The notes: generated from the sequence alone by a model not told the origin. A stretch of 64,000 bases of DNA from Draconibacterium sp. (GCA_037444065.1 JBBINB010000002.1:48642-112641), one strand, 5' to 3'; shown: positions 55,551 through 64,000, numbered from the stretch's first letter. Numbers and translations are program-made.

Positions 55551-56687
55551 TTGGACTATTCAAAAATACCTTCTCCGGCGTATGTTTTAGATGAAAAACT
55601 ATTGCGCCAAAACCTTGAATTGATTAATAAGGTTCAGAAAGAAGCCGGCATAGAAATAATATTGGCTTTTAAAGGATTTGCCATGTGGAGCGCTTTCCCG
55701 CTTGTCAGGAAATATTTAAGCGGTGCAACGGCAAGTTCATTGTTCGAAGCCCGGTTATGTTTCGAAGAAATGAAAACCCGCGCCCATGTTTATTCACCGG
55801 TTTATTTTGAAAACGAATTGGAAGAATTGATGGGGTACAGCAGCCACATTGTTTTTAATTCCGTCAACCAGTTTCTTAAATTCTATCCTGAAACCCGGAA
55901 AGCAGAACATCCAATTTCGTGCGGGATACGGGTAAATCCCGGGTTTTCGGATGTAAAAACCGAACTTTACAATCCAAGCGCTGCAGGTTCGCGGCTTGGA
56001 GTGGGAATAGAGGATTTTCCGGATGAACTGCCGGAAGGAATTGAAGGAATCCATTTTCATGTTTTATGCGAATCTGATTCGTTCAGTCTTGAAAAAGTTC
56101 TTGAAAATCTTGAATCCAAATTCGGGAAATACCTGCACCAGGTAAAATGGGTAAACATGGGAGGAGGTCATTTAATGACACGTGCTGGTTACAATCTCGA
56201 ACATTTAATAAATCTGCTGATAAAATTCAGAAAAAAATATAATGTTAAGGTAATTTTGGAACCAGGCAGCGCTATTGCCTGGGAGACGGGTGTTTTGGTC
56301 TCTGCCGTTAAAGACATTGTTTCTCATAAAGGCGTTAAAACAGCTATTCTCGATGTGTCGTTTACGGCCCATATGCCCGATACGCTTGAAATGCCTTACC
56401 GTCCGAAAATTATAGGGGCAACCGATCCCGGCAAAAACAGCAGCCATTTATACCGGCTGGGGGGGGTGAGCTGTCTGGCCGGCGATTTTATGGAAGCCTA
56501 CGATTTTAAACACGAACTGCAAATCGATGAGAAAATTATTTTTCTGGACATGATTCATTACACAATGGTAAAAACCACCATGTTTAACGGGGTAAACCAC
56601 CCGGCAATTGCAATCTGGAAAGAGGACGGCCCGTTGGAAATTATCCGGCAATTTGTTTATGAAGATTTTAAAAGCAGATTATCCTGA
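55551..56687 (+). CDS. nspC: Carboxy(nor)spermidine decarboxylase
   Basis: 378 aa. PSPAYVLDEKLLRQN, AFKGFAMW (PLP-Lys region), NMGGGH, EPGSAI and GGVSCLAGD match NspC. TTG start as in the ORF track. Confidence 0.85.
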   Translation: MDYSKIPSPAYVLDEKLLRQNLELINKVQKEAGIEIILAFKGFAMWSAFPLVRKYLSGATASSLFEARLCFEEMKTRAHVYSPVYFENELEELMGYSSHIVFNSVNQFLKFYPETRKAEHPISCGIRVNPGFSDVKTELYNPSAAGSRLGVGIEDFPDELPEGIEGIHFHVLCESDSFSLEKVLENLESKFGKYLHQVKWVNMGGGHLMTRAGYNLEHLINLLIKFRKKYNVKVILEPGSAIAWETGVLVSAVKDIVSHKGVKTAILDVSFTAHMPDTLEMPYRPKIIGATDPGKNSSHLYRLGGVSCLAGDFMEAYDFKHELQIDEKIIFLDMIHYTMVKTTMFNGVNHPAIAIWKEDGPLEIIRQFVYEDFKSRLS

Positions 56688-56764
56688 GCCATTTTGAATA
56701 TTGCGTTTTTTAATCCGATTCGCACTCATTTCTTCTTGATATTAATCGTTAAAGCCATCTAACC

Positions 56765-58555
56765 ATGAAAAAATATTTTGTTCTTTTACTCCCTGTGTTC
56801 TTAAATTTGTATGTTTTTGGTCAGAATCAGACCAATGAGCGTGCCAAATGGTTTACCGATTCGCGCTTTGGAATGTTTATTCACTGGGGAATTTACAGTG
56901 GCGCAGAAGGATACTGGAAAGGCGAAAAGCTAAGAAACGACAATGATTATGCTGAATGGATCTATTACCGGAACCGCATAGAAAAAAATGAATACCTTTC
57001 CTTGCTTGACCGTTTCGATTGGGAGGATATTAATCCGGAAGAATGGGTAATTCTGGCTAAAAAATCGGGAATGAAATATGTAACGTTCACGGCAAAACAC
57101 CATGATGGATTTGGCTTATGGGACAGCAAGGTAAGTAATTACGATTTGGGAGATTATACAAATCCGAAAAGAGATATCGTTAAGGAACTTGCCGAAGCCT
57201 GCACGAAACACGGCCTTAAACTTGGTTTGTACTATTCGCATTGGGTCGACTGGGAACACGAATACGGATGGGATCACACCAAAGAGTTAACGGGAATTGC
57301 ATCTGAAAAATACGACAAATACTGGCAGGAAAAAGTTATGCTTCAAATGCGTGAGTTGCTCACCAGTTACGGGGAAATCTCAATTTTCTGGTTCGATATG
57401 TGGGTTCACCATTCAAATACCGTGGTTACAAAGAGTCAGCTGCTCCAGTTAAAAGGATTAATCAGGGAATTACAACCCAATTGCCTTGTTAATTCGCGCC
57501 TGGGGCTTTCAATTGAAGAAGATCCCGACATCGATTTTAAAACACTTGGCGACAATTCATTGGGAAACCGAAAAGAAGAATTTCCCTGGCAATCTCCGGC
57601 AACAGTTGCCCATTCATGGGGTTTTCACGCAACCGACACCCAGTGGAAATCGACATCGTCATTATTGAAAGCATTGATAAACAATGTAAGTATGAATGGT
57701 AATTTAATGCTGAATATTGGTCCGCGTGCTAATGGCCAAGTCCCGTTCGAGATTGCTCAACGTATGCAGGAAATGGGTAAATGGCTTGAAATAAACGGAG
57801 AATCTGTATATGGTTCAGGGGCCGTGAACCTTCCAAAAGATCAACATGACTGGGGTAAAATTACCTCAAAGCAAACGGATAATGGGACCAGATTGTACCT
57901 GCATGTTTTTAGCTGGCCTTTAAATAGGGAATTGTATTTAACCGGCATCGGAACTAAACCCGAAAAAGTATATATTCTGGCCGACAAGCAAAAGACGCCA
58001 ATGGATTTTACACATTCAGAGGCGGTGACAAAAATCCAGCTTCCCGCTATGCAGCACGATAACTACGTTTCTGTAATAGCAATCGAATACAAAGACGACC
58101 CGGAAATAATAGAAGGCCTAGCTGCCAGAACTACCGATGGTGGTTATTCACTGCTGCCTGGCAATCAAAATCAGTTCGACCAGCTTTCGATCAATAAAAA
58201 AGAACGTGGCGGAACAGTGCCTGAATATGTTGCTATGGGCGATAAAAAAATGTTCAGTTGGAAAATTTATGTCGATGAGCCGGGTGAAAAGTCAATTGAT
58301 GTTTCCTACAGTTTTCAACATCATTCCAAAACAGGTAAAATGGTTTTTGCAACCGCTGGCAACAGATTGGAACATCAGGTTTCAAATACAGGGAAAACCG
58401 TTGGCGAGCCTAACCAAAATTGGATAATCGATAATTTCAAATCGAACCGGTTAGGGAAAATAGTCTTTCCTGAAAAAGGTTATTATAATGTTGCCTTTGA
58501 AATTATACCCGATGCGGAGGAGGAGGTAAAATTTCAGTGGATTTGGATAAGATAA
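56765..58555 (+). CDS. Alpha-L-fucosidase (GH29) with C-terminal accessory domain
   Basis: WFTDSRFGMFIHWGIYS, KHHDGFGLWDS and FWFDMW. Signal peptide. 596 aa. Confidence 0.9.
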   Translation: MKKYFVLLLPVFLNLYVFGQNQTNERAKWFTDSRFGMFIHWGIYSGAEGYWKGEKLRNDNDYAEWIYYRNRIEKNEYLSLLDRFDWEDINPEEWVILAKKSGMKYVTFTAKHHDGFGLWDSKVSNYDLGDYTNPKRDIVKELAEACTKHGLKLGLYYSHWVDWEHEYGWDHTKELTGIASEKYDKYWQEKVMLQMRELLTSYGEISIFWFDMWVHHSNTVVTKSQLLQLKGLIRELQPNCLVNSRLGLSIEEDPDIDFKTLGDNSLGNRKEEFPWQSPATVAHSWGFHATDTQWKSTSSLLKALINNVSMNGNLMLNIGPRANGQVPFEIAQRMQEMGKWLEINGESVYGSGAVNLPKDQHDWGKITSKQTDNGTRLYLHVFSWPLNRELYLTGIGTKPEKVYILADKQKTPMDFTHSEAVTKIQLPAMQHDNYVSVIAIEYKDDPEIIEGLAARTTDGGYSLLPGNQNQFDQLSINKKERGGTVPEYVAMGDKKMFSWKIYVDEPGEKSIDVSYSFQHHSKTGKMVFATAGNRLEHQVSNTGKTVGEPNQNWIIDNFKSNRLGKIVFPEKGYYNVAFEIIPDAEEEVKFQWIWIR

Positions 58556-58694
58556 TTTTTTGCTAATTTTTAATTATCATTCTGTAAAACAGTAATTTAT
58601 ACCGTATTATTTTATTAACAATTGTTAATAACCCCGGTTCACATAATGTGCAAATAAACCATACTAAAACTCGATATTTTTTTGGGGTTTTAAT

Positions 58695-58702
58695 TATATT
58701 TG
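58695..58702 (+). promoter_or_regulatory. Candidate -7 box (TATATTTG) for the downstream candidate RNA
   Basis: Exact TAnnTTTG match at the transition from AT-rich spacer to the structured region. Confidence 0.3.
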
Positions 58703-58704
58703 TT

Positions 58705-59231
58705 CTATCAGGTGAGCGATAAAAGGCAGCTTTGAAAACGTGGAAATGACAAAAGTTACTTAGTTGAAACCAAAAGCATTTCAATCCAACCTTCGGGATG
58801 GCGCGTCGGAGAAGCCGGAGTTTGAACAAGACTAACTGGAAAGTCAAAGTTCAGGCAATTATCGGAGAACAAATCCAGACGTTCTTTAAAGATTGAGTTA
58901 TCAGGCAGAAGTGATAAGAATTTCGGTTTGAGTCGCAGGCTGCACAGTTTCGGAGGGATAAAACCTGAAAAGACTGGTAATTGGAAGCGTGTGCCGAAAG
59001 GGACAGGTAGAAAATGCTGAATAACACTTCGTCCACAAAGACATCCGGAAAGTTGAGTGGACGGCTTGAGGATTACGCCTTAGAAAGTGTAATCCAGGAG
59101 TTGGGGGCAGAAAACAATTCGAAAGAGTTGGGTTAAGCCGGCCGAAATAACAGTAACCTGGCGCTTTAGCGACTTCGGTTGCAAAAAGTGAATGGGAACT
59201 AATCGTAAAGATTGGTTCCCATTTGTTTTTT
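58705..59231 (+). ncRNA. Candidate large structured RNA of unrecognised class
   Basis: No credible ORF in six frames. Higher G+C than other spacers. Several helices are capped by GAAA/UUCG tetraloops on the + strand only. Multi-helix junction at 59063-59139. Ends in a strong intrinsic terminator. Confidence 0.5.
59192..59231 (+). terminator. Strong Rho-independent terminator
   Basis: ATGGGAACTAATC-gtaaa-GATTGGTTCCCAT (13-bp stem) followed by TTGTTTTTT. Confidence 0.8.
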
Positions 59232-59292
59232 ATTACCCGCGATTAATTTAAAATACATTTCAGTCAAAAATTGCCTTATCGATTTTACTTTT

Positions 59293-59300
59293 TACTTTTG
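59293..59300 (+). promoter_or_regulatory. Candidate -7 box (TACTTTTG) for kdsA
   Basis: Exact TAnnTTTG match ending 18 nt upstream of the kdsA ATG. Confidence 0.35.
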
Positions 59301-59318
59301 TTGAAATACCTATAAAAA

Positions 59319-60137
59319 ATGATTCCACAAATTGACAAATTAAAATTCACCGAATCGGGCAATTTTTTTCTGATGGCCGGACCCTGTGCTATTGAAGGAG
59401 AACAGATGGCCCTGGATATTGCAGGGAAAATACTCGAAATTTCGTATAAGCTCAGAATTCCATACATTTTTAAGGGTTCTTACCGAAAAGCTAACCGTTC
59501 GCGGATTGATTCATTCTCAGGTATTGGCGATGAAAAAGCCCTTAATATCCTTCAAAAAGTTAGTGAAACATATAATATTCCTACAGTCACCGATATTCAC
59601 TCTGCCGGTGAGGCTGCAATGGCAGCCGAATTTGTTGATGTGTTGCAGATACCCGCTTTTTTATGCCGCCAAACCGATATTCTGGTTGCTGCAGCAAAAA
59701 CAGGAAAAGCTGTAAACATAAAAAAAGGCCAGTTTCTTTCGGCTGACGCCATGAAATTTGCTGTTGACAAGGTACTTGAAAGTGGAAACAGGAAAATCAT
59801 TTTAACTGAGCGGGGAACAACATTCGGTTACCAGGATTTAATAATCGATTATCGGGGAATTCCTGAAATGCAAAAATTCAATGTCCCCGTAGTACTCGAT
59901 ATTACCCACTCGCTTCAACAGCCAAACCAGGCAAGCGGAGTCACAGGTGGAAAACCTCAGTTAATTGAAACAGTGGCCCGTGCGGGTATTGCTGCTGGTG
60001 TCGATGGAATTTTCATAGAAACACATCCAAATCCTTCAATTGCAAAATCGGACGGCGCAAATATGCTTCAACTTGATTTACTGCAAAACTTGCTTGAAAA
60101 ACTTGTGCTGCTGAAACAGGCAGTGAACCGTTTTTAA
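59319..60137 (+). CDS. kdsA: 3-deoxy-8-phosphooctulonate (KDO8P) synthase
   Basis: 272 aa. AGPCAIE, FKGSYRKANRS, LQIPAFLCRQTD, NIKKGQF and DITHSLQQP are colinear with KdsA. Confidence 0.95.
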   Translation: MIPQIDKLKFTESGNFFLMAGPCAIEGEQMALDIAGKILEISYKLRIPYIFKGSYRKANRSRIDSFSGIGDEKALNILQKVSETYNIPTVTDIHSAGEAAMAAEFVDVLQIPAFLCRQTDILVAAAKTGKAVNIKKGQFLSADAMKFAVDKVLESGNRKIILTERGTTFGYQDLIIDYRGIPEMQKFNVPVVLDITHSLQQPNQASGVTGGKPQLIETVARAGIAAGVDGIFIETHPNPSIAKSDGANMLQLDLLQNLLEKLVLLKQAVNRF

Positions 60138-60164
60138 AATCGTGTTTGGAATCAGTGATGCAGT

Positions 60165-60494
60165 TTGTCTAAAAATTCTGAAATAATGGATGATATACAT
60201 TCTCTGGCTGGGGAAATTACGGTGCCCGTTAATAAATGGGGGAATGAATTATTGAAATTAACTGAAAAAGTAATTACGGAGCGGTGCAATGTACACATCT
60301 GGCCTGTCAAACAGTTTCTGGGTCATTTAATCGACCCGGCACGGACAATACTCACCGTGTTATTCACTTACAGTACCGCGAAATCCCGCTTAACTTCCCG
60401 AATTATGCAACTTTCGGGAACAACGGCCGTTGGATAGCCATTCAGAATTACATTGCATTTGAAGGAGATTGAAGAATTGATTGAAAAAAACTAA
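60165..60494 (+). pseudogene. Frameshifted and truncated DinB-family gene
   Basis: Frame 1 reads ...HIWPVKQFLGHLIDP. The family consensus continues in another frame as ...GTDNTHRVIHLQYREIPLNFPNY..., with a shift near 60335-60340. It is then stopped again (EGD*, next frame KEIEELIEKN*), and about half of a typical DinB protein is missing. Confidence 0.5.
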
Positions 60495-60708
60495 ACTCGG
60501 TTTTAGGTACAACAAAGCGTACGTTTTTGCTGGAATGAATAGATGTCCATTAAAAAAGAATTTATTAAGTAGAAAAACGCTGAGGGTTTGTAAAAATTGA
60601 TGTGGATAAACTTAAAAACGGCCAGTTATGAATAAATTCATGTACTTTTATATCTTCAACATGAAAGAGTAAGCGCTAATTTATTAAAACTGTAAAAATT
60701 GAGAACCT

Positions 60709-61131
60709 ATGAATAAAAGAAGAACGTTTTTAAAAAAAGCATTAGCCGGGATAACTGTAGCCGGACTGATCCCAATATCGAAAAATACAATGGCAGGCGA
60801 AATAAAACTGACTGGAGCTTTGGTTCACCATGTTTTTTTCTGGTTGAAAGAACCCAAAAATGAGGCACATAAAAAACAGCTAATTAAAGCATTAAACGAA
60901 TTATTAAAGGTAGAAACCATCAGGTTAAGCCATATTGGAGTTCCGGCCGGCACCGAAAGCCGCGATGTTGTCGATCATTCCTATTCGGTTTCGTATATGG
61001 TATTGTTTGATGACCAGGCAGGGCAGGACGCCTACCAGGTTCATCCTCTACACATAAAATTTGTAGAAGAGAATTCACATTTATGGTCTAAAGTAGTGGT
61101 TTACGATTCTGTCGACGATTCTGCCGGCTAA
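60709..61131 (+). CDS. Dabb (stress-responsive A/B barrel) family protein with twin-arginine signal
   Basis: MNKRRTFLKKALAGITVAG is a Tat motif. LVHHVFFWLKEP...HPLHIKFVE...VVVYD is a Dabb domain. Confidence 0.75.
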   Translation: MNKRRTFLKKALAGITVAGLIPISKNTMAGEIKLTGALVHHVFFWLKEPKNEAHKKQLIKALNELLKVETIRLSHIGVPAGTESRDVVDHSYSVSYMVLFDDQAGQDAYQVHPLHIKFVEENSHLWSKVVVYDSVDDSAG

Positions 61132-61204
61132 AATTGGGTACGGATAACTATTTATAAGCTGGTTTCTTAATACTCCTGCAATTCTCTGGTACGGTCAAAA
61201 TATT

Positions 61205-62437
61205 TTAATGGAAAAAAAGGTATGCTATTAAAATGGCGGCCACAATCCCGACAACATCAGCAATTAAGCCGCAAACAACTGCGTAACGTGTATTTTTTAT
61301 GCCTACCGAACCAAAGTATACAGCCAAAATATAAAAAGTGGTATCAGTTGCTCCCTGCACCGTACTAACCAGGCGGCCAACAAAAGAATCGGCCCCGTAA
61401 ACCGTCATGGCATCCACCATCATTCCGCGGGCGCCGCTTCCACTTAGCGGTTTCATCAAAGCAGTAGGCAACGCAGGGGTAAAATCGGTGTTGAGCCCCA
61501 TCTGCCCAAATGCCCACGAGAAACCGGAAACCAACCAATCCAATGCTCCCGATTCGCGAAAAACACCAATGGCGACTAAAATAGCAATCAGGTATGGAAT
61601 GATTTTGACTGCTGTAAGAAAGCCGTCTTTTGCACCATCAATAAATGCTTCGTAAACGTTTACCTTACGCAAGACGCCCATAAAAATAAAACTGATGATT
61701 ACTGAAAACAGGATTAAATTACCCGCGATATTGGATATTTGAGTTACTTTTTCTTTTTCGAGAGTTGAAAAATACAATATCAAACCGATAATAAAAACAG
61801 TTAGTCCACCTAAATATGCAAGTATTACTTTGTCGAACAAGTTGATTTTTTGATAGATAGATACCGAAATCAATCCGGCAAGAGTTGAAAAGAAAGTTGC
61901 AAGCAAAATAGGAATAAAAATATCTGACGGATTTGCTGCTCCCAATTGTGCCCGATAAACCATTATGCTTACCGGTATTATGGTCAGTCCCGAAGTATTC
62001 AAAACCAGGAACATTATCTGGGCATTTGAAGCTTTGTTTTTATCGGGGTTGGTTTCCTGCATCTCTTTCATAGCCTGCAGCCCTGTGGGTGTGGCAGCAT
62101 TGTCGAGGTTAAGCATGTTTGCCGCAATATTCATCATAATTGGGCCATAAGCCGGATGATCCTTGCCCAGTCCGGGAAAAAGCTTATTAAAAAATGGCCC
62201 GATTGCTTTAGAGAAAACTGCTACCACGCCGCCTTTTTCCCCTATTTTCATTATACCCATCCAAAGGGTTAAAACTCCTGTCAGCCCTAAGGAAATTTCA
62301 AATCCACTTTTTGCCATGTCGAATGTGGAGTTCATCATAGCCGGAAAAACTTCGACATCGCCAAAAAAAATCAATCGTACCAGTGCAATTATAAATGCCG
62401 AAAGAAAGAAGAATATCCAGATGTAATTAAGCGCCAT
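61205..62437 (-). CDS. Nucleoside-recognition-domain membrane protein (fused SpmA/SpmB-like)
   Basis: 410-aa polytopic protein. NIAANMLNLDNAATPTGLQAM and ...GATDTTFYILAVYFG are typical of the Gate/SpmA-SpmB family. Confidence 0.7.
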   Translation of the reverse strand: MALNYIWIFFFLSAFIIALVRLIFFGDVEVFPAMMNSTFDMAKSGFEISLGLTGVLTLWMGIMKIGEKGGVVAVFSKAIGPFFNKLFPGLGKDHPAYGPIMMNIAANMLNLDNAATPTGLQAMKEMQETNPDKNKASNAQIMFLVLNTSGLTIIPVSIMVYRAQLGAANPSDIFIPILLATFFSTLAGLISVSIYQKINLFDKVILAYLGGLTVFIIGLILYFSTLEKEKVTQISNIAGNLILFSVIISFIFMGVLRKVNVYEAFIDGAKDGFLTAVKIIPYLIAILVAIGVFRESGALDWLVSGFSWAFGQMGLNTDFTPALPTALMKPLSGSGARGMMVDAMTVYGADSFVGRLVSTVQGATDTTFYILAVYFGSVGIKNTRYAVVCGLIADVVGIVAAILIAYLFFH

Positions 62438-62472
62438 TGAGAAGCCCCTCCTGTCCTCCCCAAAAGGGGGGT
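62438..62472 (-). repeat. C-rich hairpin element abutting the spmAB-like start codon
   Basis: The mRNA sense reads ACCCCCCUUUUGGGGAGGACAGGAGGGGCUUCUCA-AUG. Homologous to 38458-38492. Confidence 0.6.
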
Positions 62473-62495
62473 ATGGAAAAAAGTAACCTATTTAC

Positions 62496-63530
62496 CTATA
62501 TTTTATTTTCGAAATCTTTTGACATTTTTTCTATTTCCTCCAGCGAAGGTTCGCCCGAAAATATTGCCAACCGGTAACGGAAAGTAGCCGACTCTCCATT
62601 TTCAATGACAAAATTCATCTCTTCCTTCCCGTTTGAAAAAACTTTTTGCCCAAGCGTATTTGCTGAAAACAAACCATAACCACGTGCATGCCAGTATGTC
62701 GGATAGCCCGGATTGCCCGGGTGGTCGAAAATTACAACAGCCACTTTTTCGCCATTTACAATCCCCGAAAGTTTCATCCATTTGCCCCGGGTAGCCCAAA
62801 CTGCATCACCTGTAATTCCTTCGCTGCTAAGATAATTTCCTTTGGCAACGTTATCCGCCGATGCTTCAACTTCGGTTTCTACACCATGAGAATCTATCAG
62901 TTTTACTTTCCCTTTCGACGGCAATTCCAACTCGCGTGTGACCCTTATGGCAAACATTCCTTCCTTGTTGTCGGTAATTTTAACTTTGCCATTTTCGGCC
63001 TTTAGCAGGGTTGTACGGTCTATAATCCGAGTTTTACCCTGAACTAAAAAAGTATGTTCGGTTACTTCTTTCAGAAGTTTATTTCGGTTAACATCTTGCC
63101 ACGATTCGGTTGTTATAAGAGTTGCTTTTCCTTTGCCACTTTGCACACTCTCAATAGTTTCGTGTACAATTGTACCGTATTTTGGGGCATTTTCTTTTGA
63201 AATTGCTTCCGAGTTGTTCCAGAAATCAAGTCCGTTGACATCGCCATAATTTAACCAGATGCCTAAATGGTGCGGATGATCGGTGCGTTCACCGGCTTTG
63301 ATTTTTAAAGGATATTGCCGTGTTATTTCATTTCCTTCAGATGTAATTACAGGCCACAATACGGGTTTTTTAATTTGTTCATGATAGATATATGATGTAA
63401 AAAGTTTACCATCAATTAAAACATCAACCTTTTTATCGGCAGGTTTGGAAACCAAATCTACTTTTGATTGGGCTGTTAACACAGTTGTTCCGATTGTCAG
63501 AATAATGAATATTGAAAAAAGTTTTTTCAT
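62496..63530 (-). CDS. PmoA-family (DUF6807) secreted protein
   Basis: TDHPHHLGIWLNYGDVNGLDFWNN and HPGNPGYPTYWHARGYGLF. Signal peptide from MKKLFSIFIIL (start 63530). Confidence 0.7.
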   Translation of the reverse strand: MKKLFSIFIILTIGTTVLTAQSKVDLVSKPADKKVDVLIDGKLFTSYIYHEQIKKPVLWPVITSEGNEITRQYPLKIKAGERTDHPHHLGIWLNYGDVNGLDFWNNSEAISKENAPKYGTIVHETIESVQSGKGKATLITTESWQDVNRNKLLKEVTEHTFLVQGKTRIIDRTTLLKAENGKVKITDNKEGMFAIRVTRELELPSKGKVKLIDSHGVETEVEASADNVAKGNYLSSEGITGDAVWATRGKWMKLSGIVNGEKVAVVIFDHPGNPGYPTYWHARGYGLFSANTLGQKVFSNGKEEMNFVIENGESATFRYRLAIFSGEPSLEEIEKMSKDFENKI

Positions 63531-63782
63531 AATGTAAATAATTAACGTATGTGCCCCCAAAATAATAAAAAAAGGAAGACTTTACGGTGAATTAGCTGTA
63601 TAATGTTAAAATGAAAGGATTTGATACTATATTCTTAATGCATTTTTAGAATTATTGTATAAAACAAAATCCTTTCTGGTTGAATAATGTTTTAAGTTTG
63701 GATAAAATATTTAATTACAGATAATTTTTATCCGTATTTTATAAAAACCACTTATCATTGTATTAATCAAAAAAAGTTGAAT

Positions 63783-64000
63783 ATGAAAGTTGCTTTTTAT
63801 TGGATATTGGCAGTGTTAGTTACATTTGCAGCAATAATTTACCAGCGCAAAACCGGTCCTACCTACGATAAAAAAGTAGATGTAAGTATTGATAACCAGG
63901 AATATAAGTTTAAATTGGTTAGAAGTCATGGAGGAACTACCGATTGTAAAATCGAACTTCCTGTTCATGACGAAGCGGTGAATGGTGTTTTAATGTTTAA
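63783..64000 (+). CDS. Hypothetical membrane protein, 5' part (runs off the window)
   Basis: The ATG at 63783 opens a frame (MKVAFYWILAVLVTFAAIIYQRKTGPTYDKK...) that stays open to the window end. Confidence 0.4.
   Translation, partial: MKVAFYWILAVLVTFAAIIYQRKTGPTYDKKVDVSIDNQEYKFKLVRSHGGTTDCKIELPVHDEAVNGVLMF

Noticed and set aside
58563-59036. Two minus-strand ORFs (94 and 61 aa) within the fucosidase-kdsA gap.
   Set aside because: Both have low-complexity or odd composition, no recognisable domain and no start context. The region is better explained as a + strand structured RNA, given its strand-specific UUCG/GAAA loops and + strand terminator.
58705-59231. Whether the structured region is RNase P RNA, tmRNA, SRP RNA or a group II intron.
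   Set aside because: None of the universal signatures I can recall are present. These are GGAAAGUCCGG / ACAGAAnCCGGCUUA for RNase P, GGGGCUGA with a tag ORF and a TpsiC-like 3' end for tmRNA, the SRP domain IV GGAA/AGCA loops, and the domain V AGC...GNRA hairpin. A covariance-model search is still needed.

Overview
This is a 64-kb chromosomal window that most likely comes from a Bacteroidota genome. The taxon is an inference from three things: two proteins with T9SS C-terminal sorting domains, TAnnTTTG-type promoter boxes, and gene content that looks Marinilabiliales-like. All family calls come from reading motifs in the supplied translations; no database search was possible.

I support about 45 intact genes. 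They include:
- uvrA, kdsA, and a carboxy(nor)spermidine polyamine cluster (arginine-decarboxylase-like, CANSDH, nspC).
- A mannan/manno-oligosaccharide catabolic cluster: Tat-exported GH5, cellobiose-2-epimerase-like AGE, GH130 phosphorylase and an SSS symporter.
- A GDP-mannose 3,5-epimerase homologue next to a cytidylyltransferase/GHMP-kinase fusion.
- A HepT/MntA toxin-antitoxin pair and a GH29 fucosidase.
- A 1190-aa HYR/SprB/PKD/T9SS adhesin.
- An 'AmmeMemoRadiSam' operon.

The features that gene annotation does not explain are:
1. A roughly 520-nt tetraloop-rich candidate structured RNA of unrecognised class upstream of kdsA, with its own promoter box and a strong terminator.
2. The AmmeMemoRadiSam triad interrupted by a polytopic spermidine-synthase-like membrane protein. 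Its Memo part carries an apparent lipoprotein signal, its radical SAM part a Tat-like signal, and its AMMECR1 domain lacks its conserved core.
3. Heptanucleotide-periodic arrays (33, 13 and 5 heptads, held in strict register while the unit sequence changes) that end within 3-8 nt of the start codons of three genes.
4. A 143-bp MITE family with imperfect TIRs and 5-bp target-site duplications. One copy inserted exactly at the stop codon of an SGNH hydrolase gene and extended the ORF by 20 codons.
5. C-rich hairpin elements touching start codons, and a repeated AT-rich 45-nt element that reads as a conserved mini-ORF.
6. Several gene remnants: SSS symporter, DsbA-like, FGE/SUMF1-like, DinB-like, PIN toxin and an orphan IS3 OrfA-like gene.

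I found no rRNA genes, tRNA genes or CRISPR arrays.
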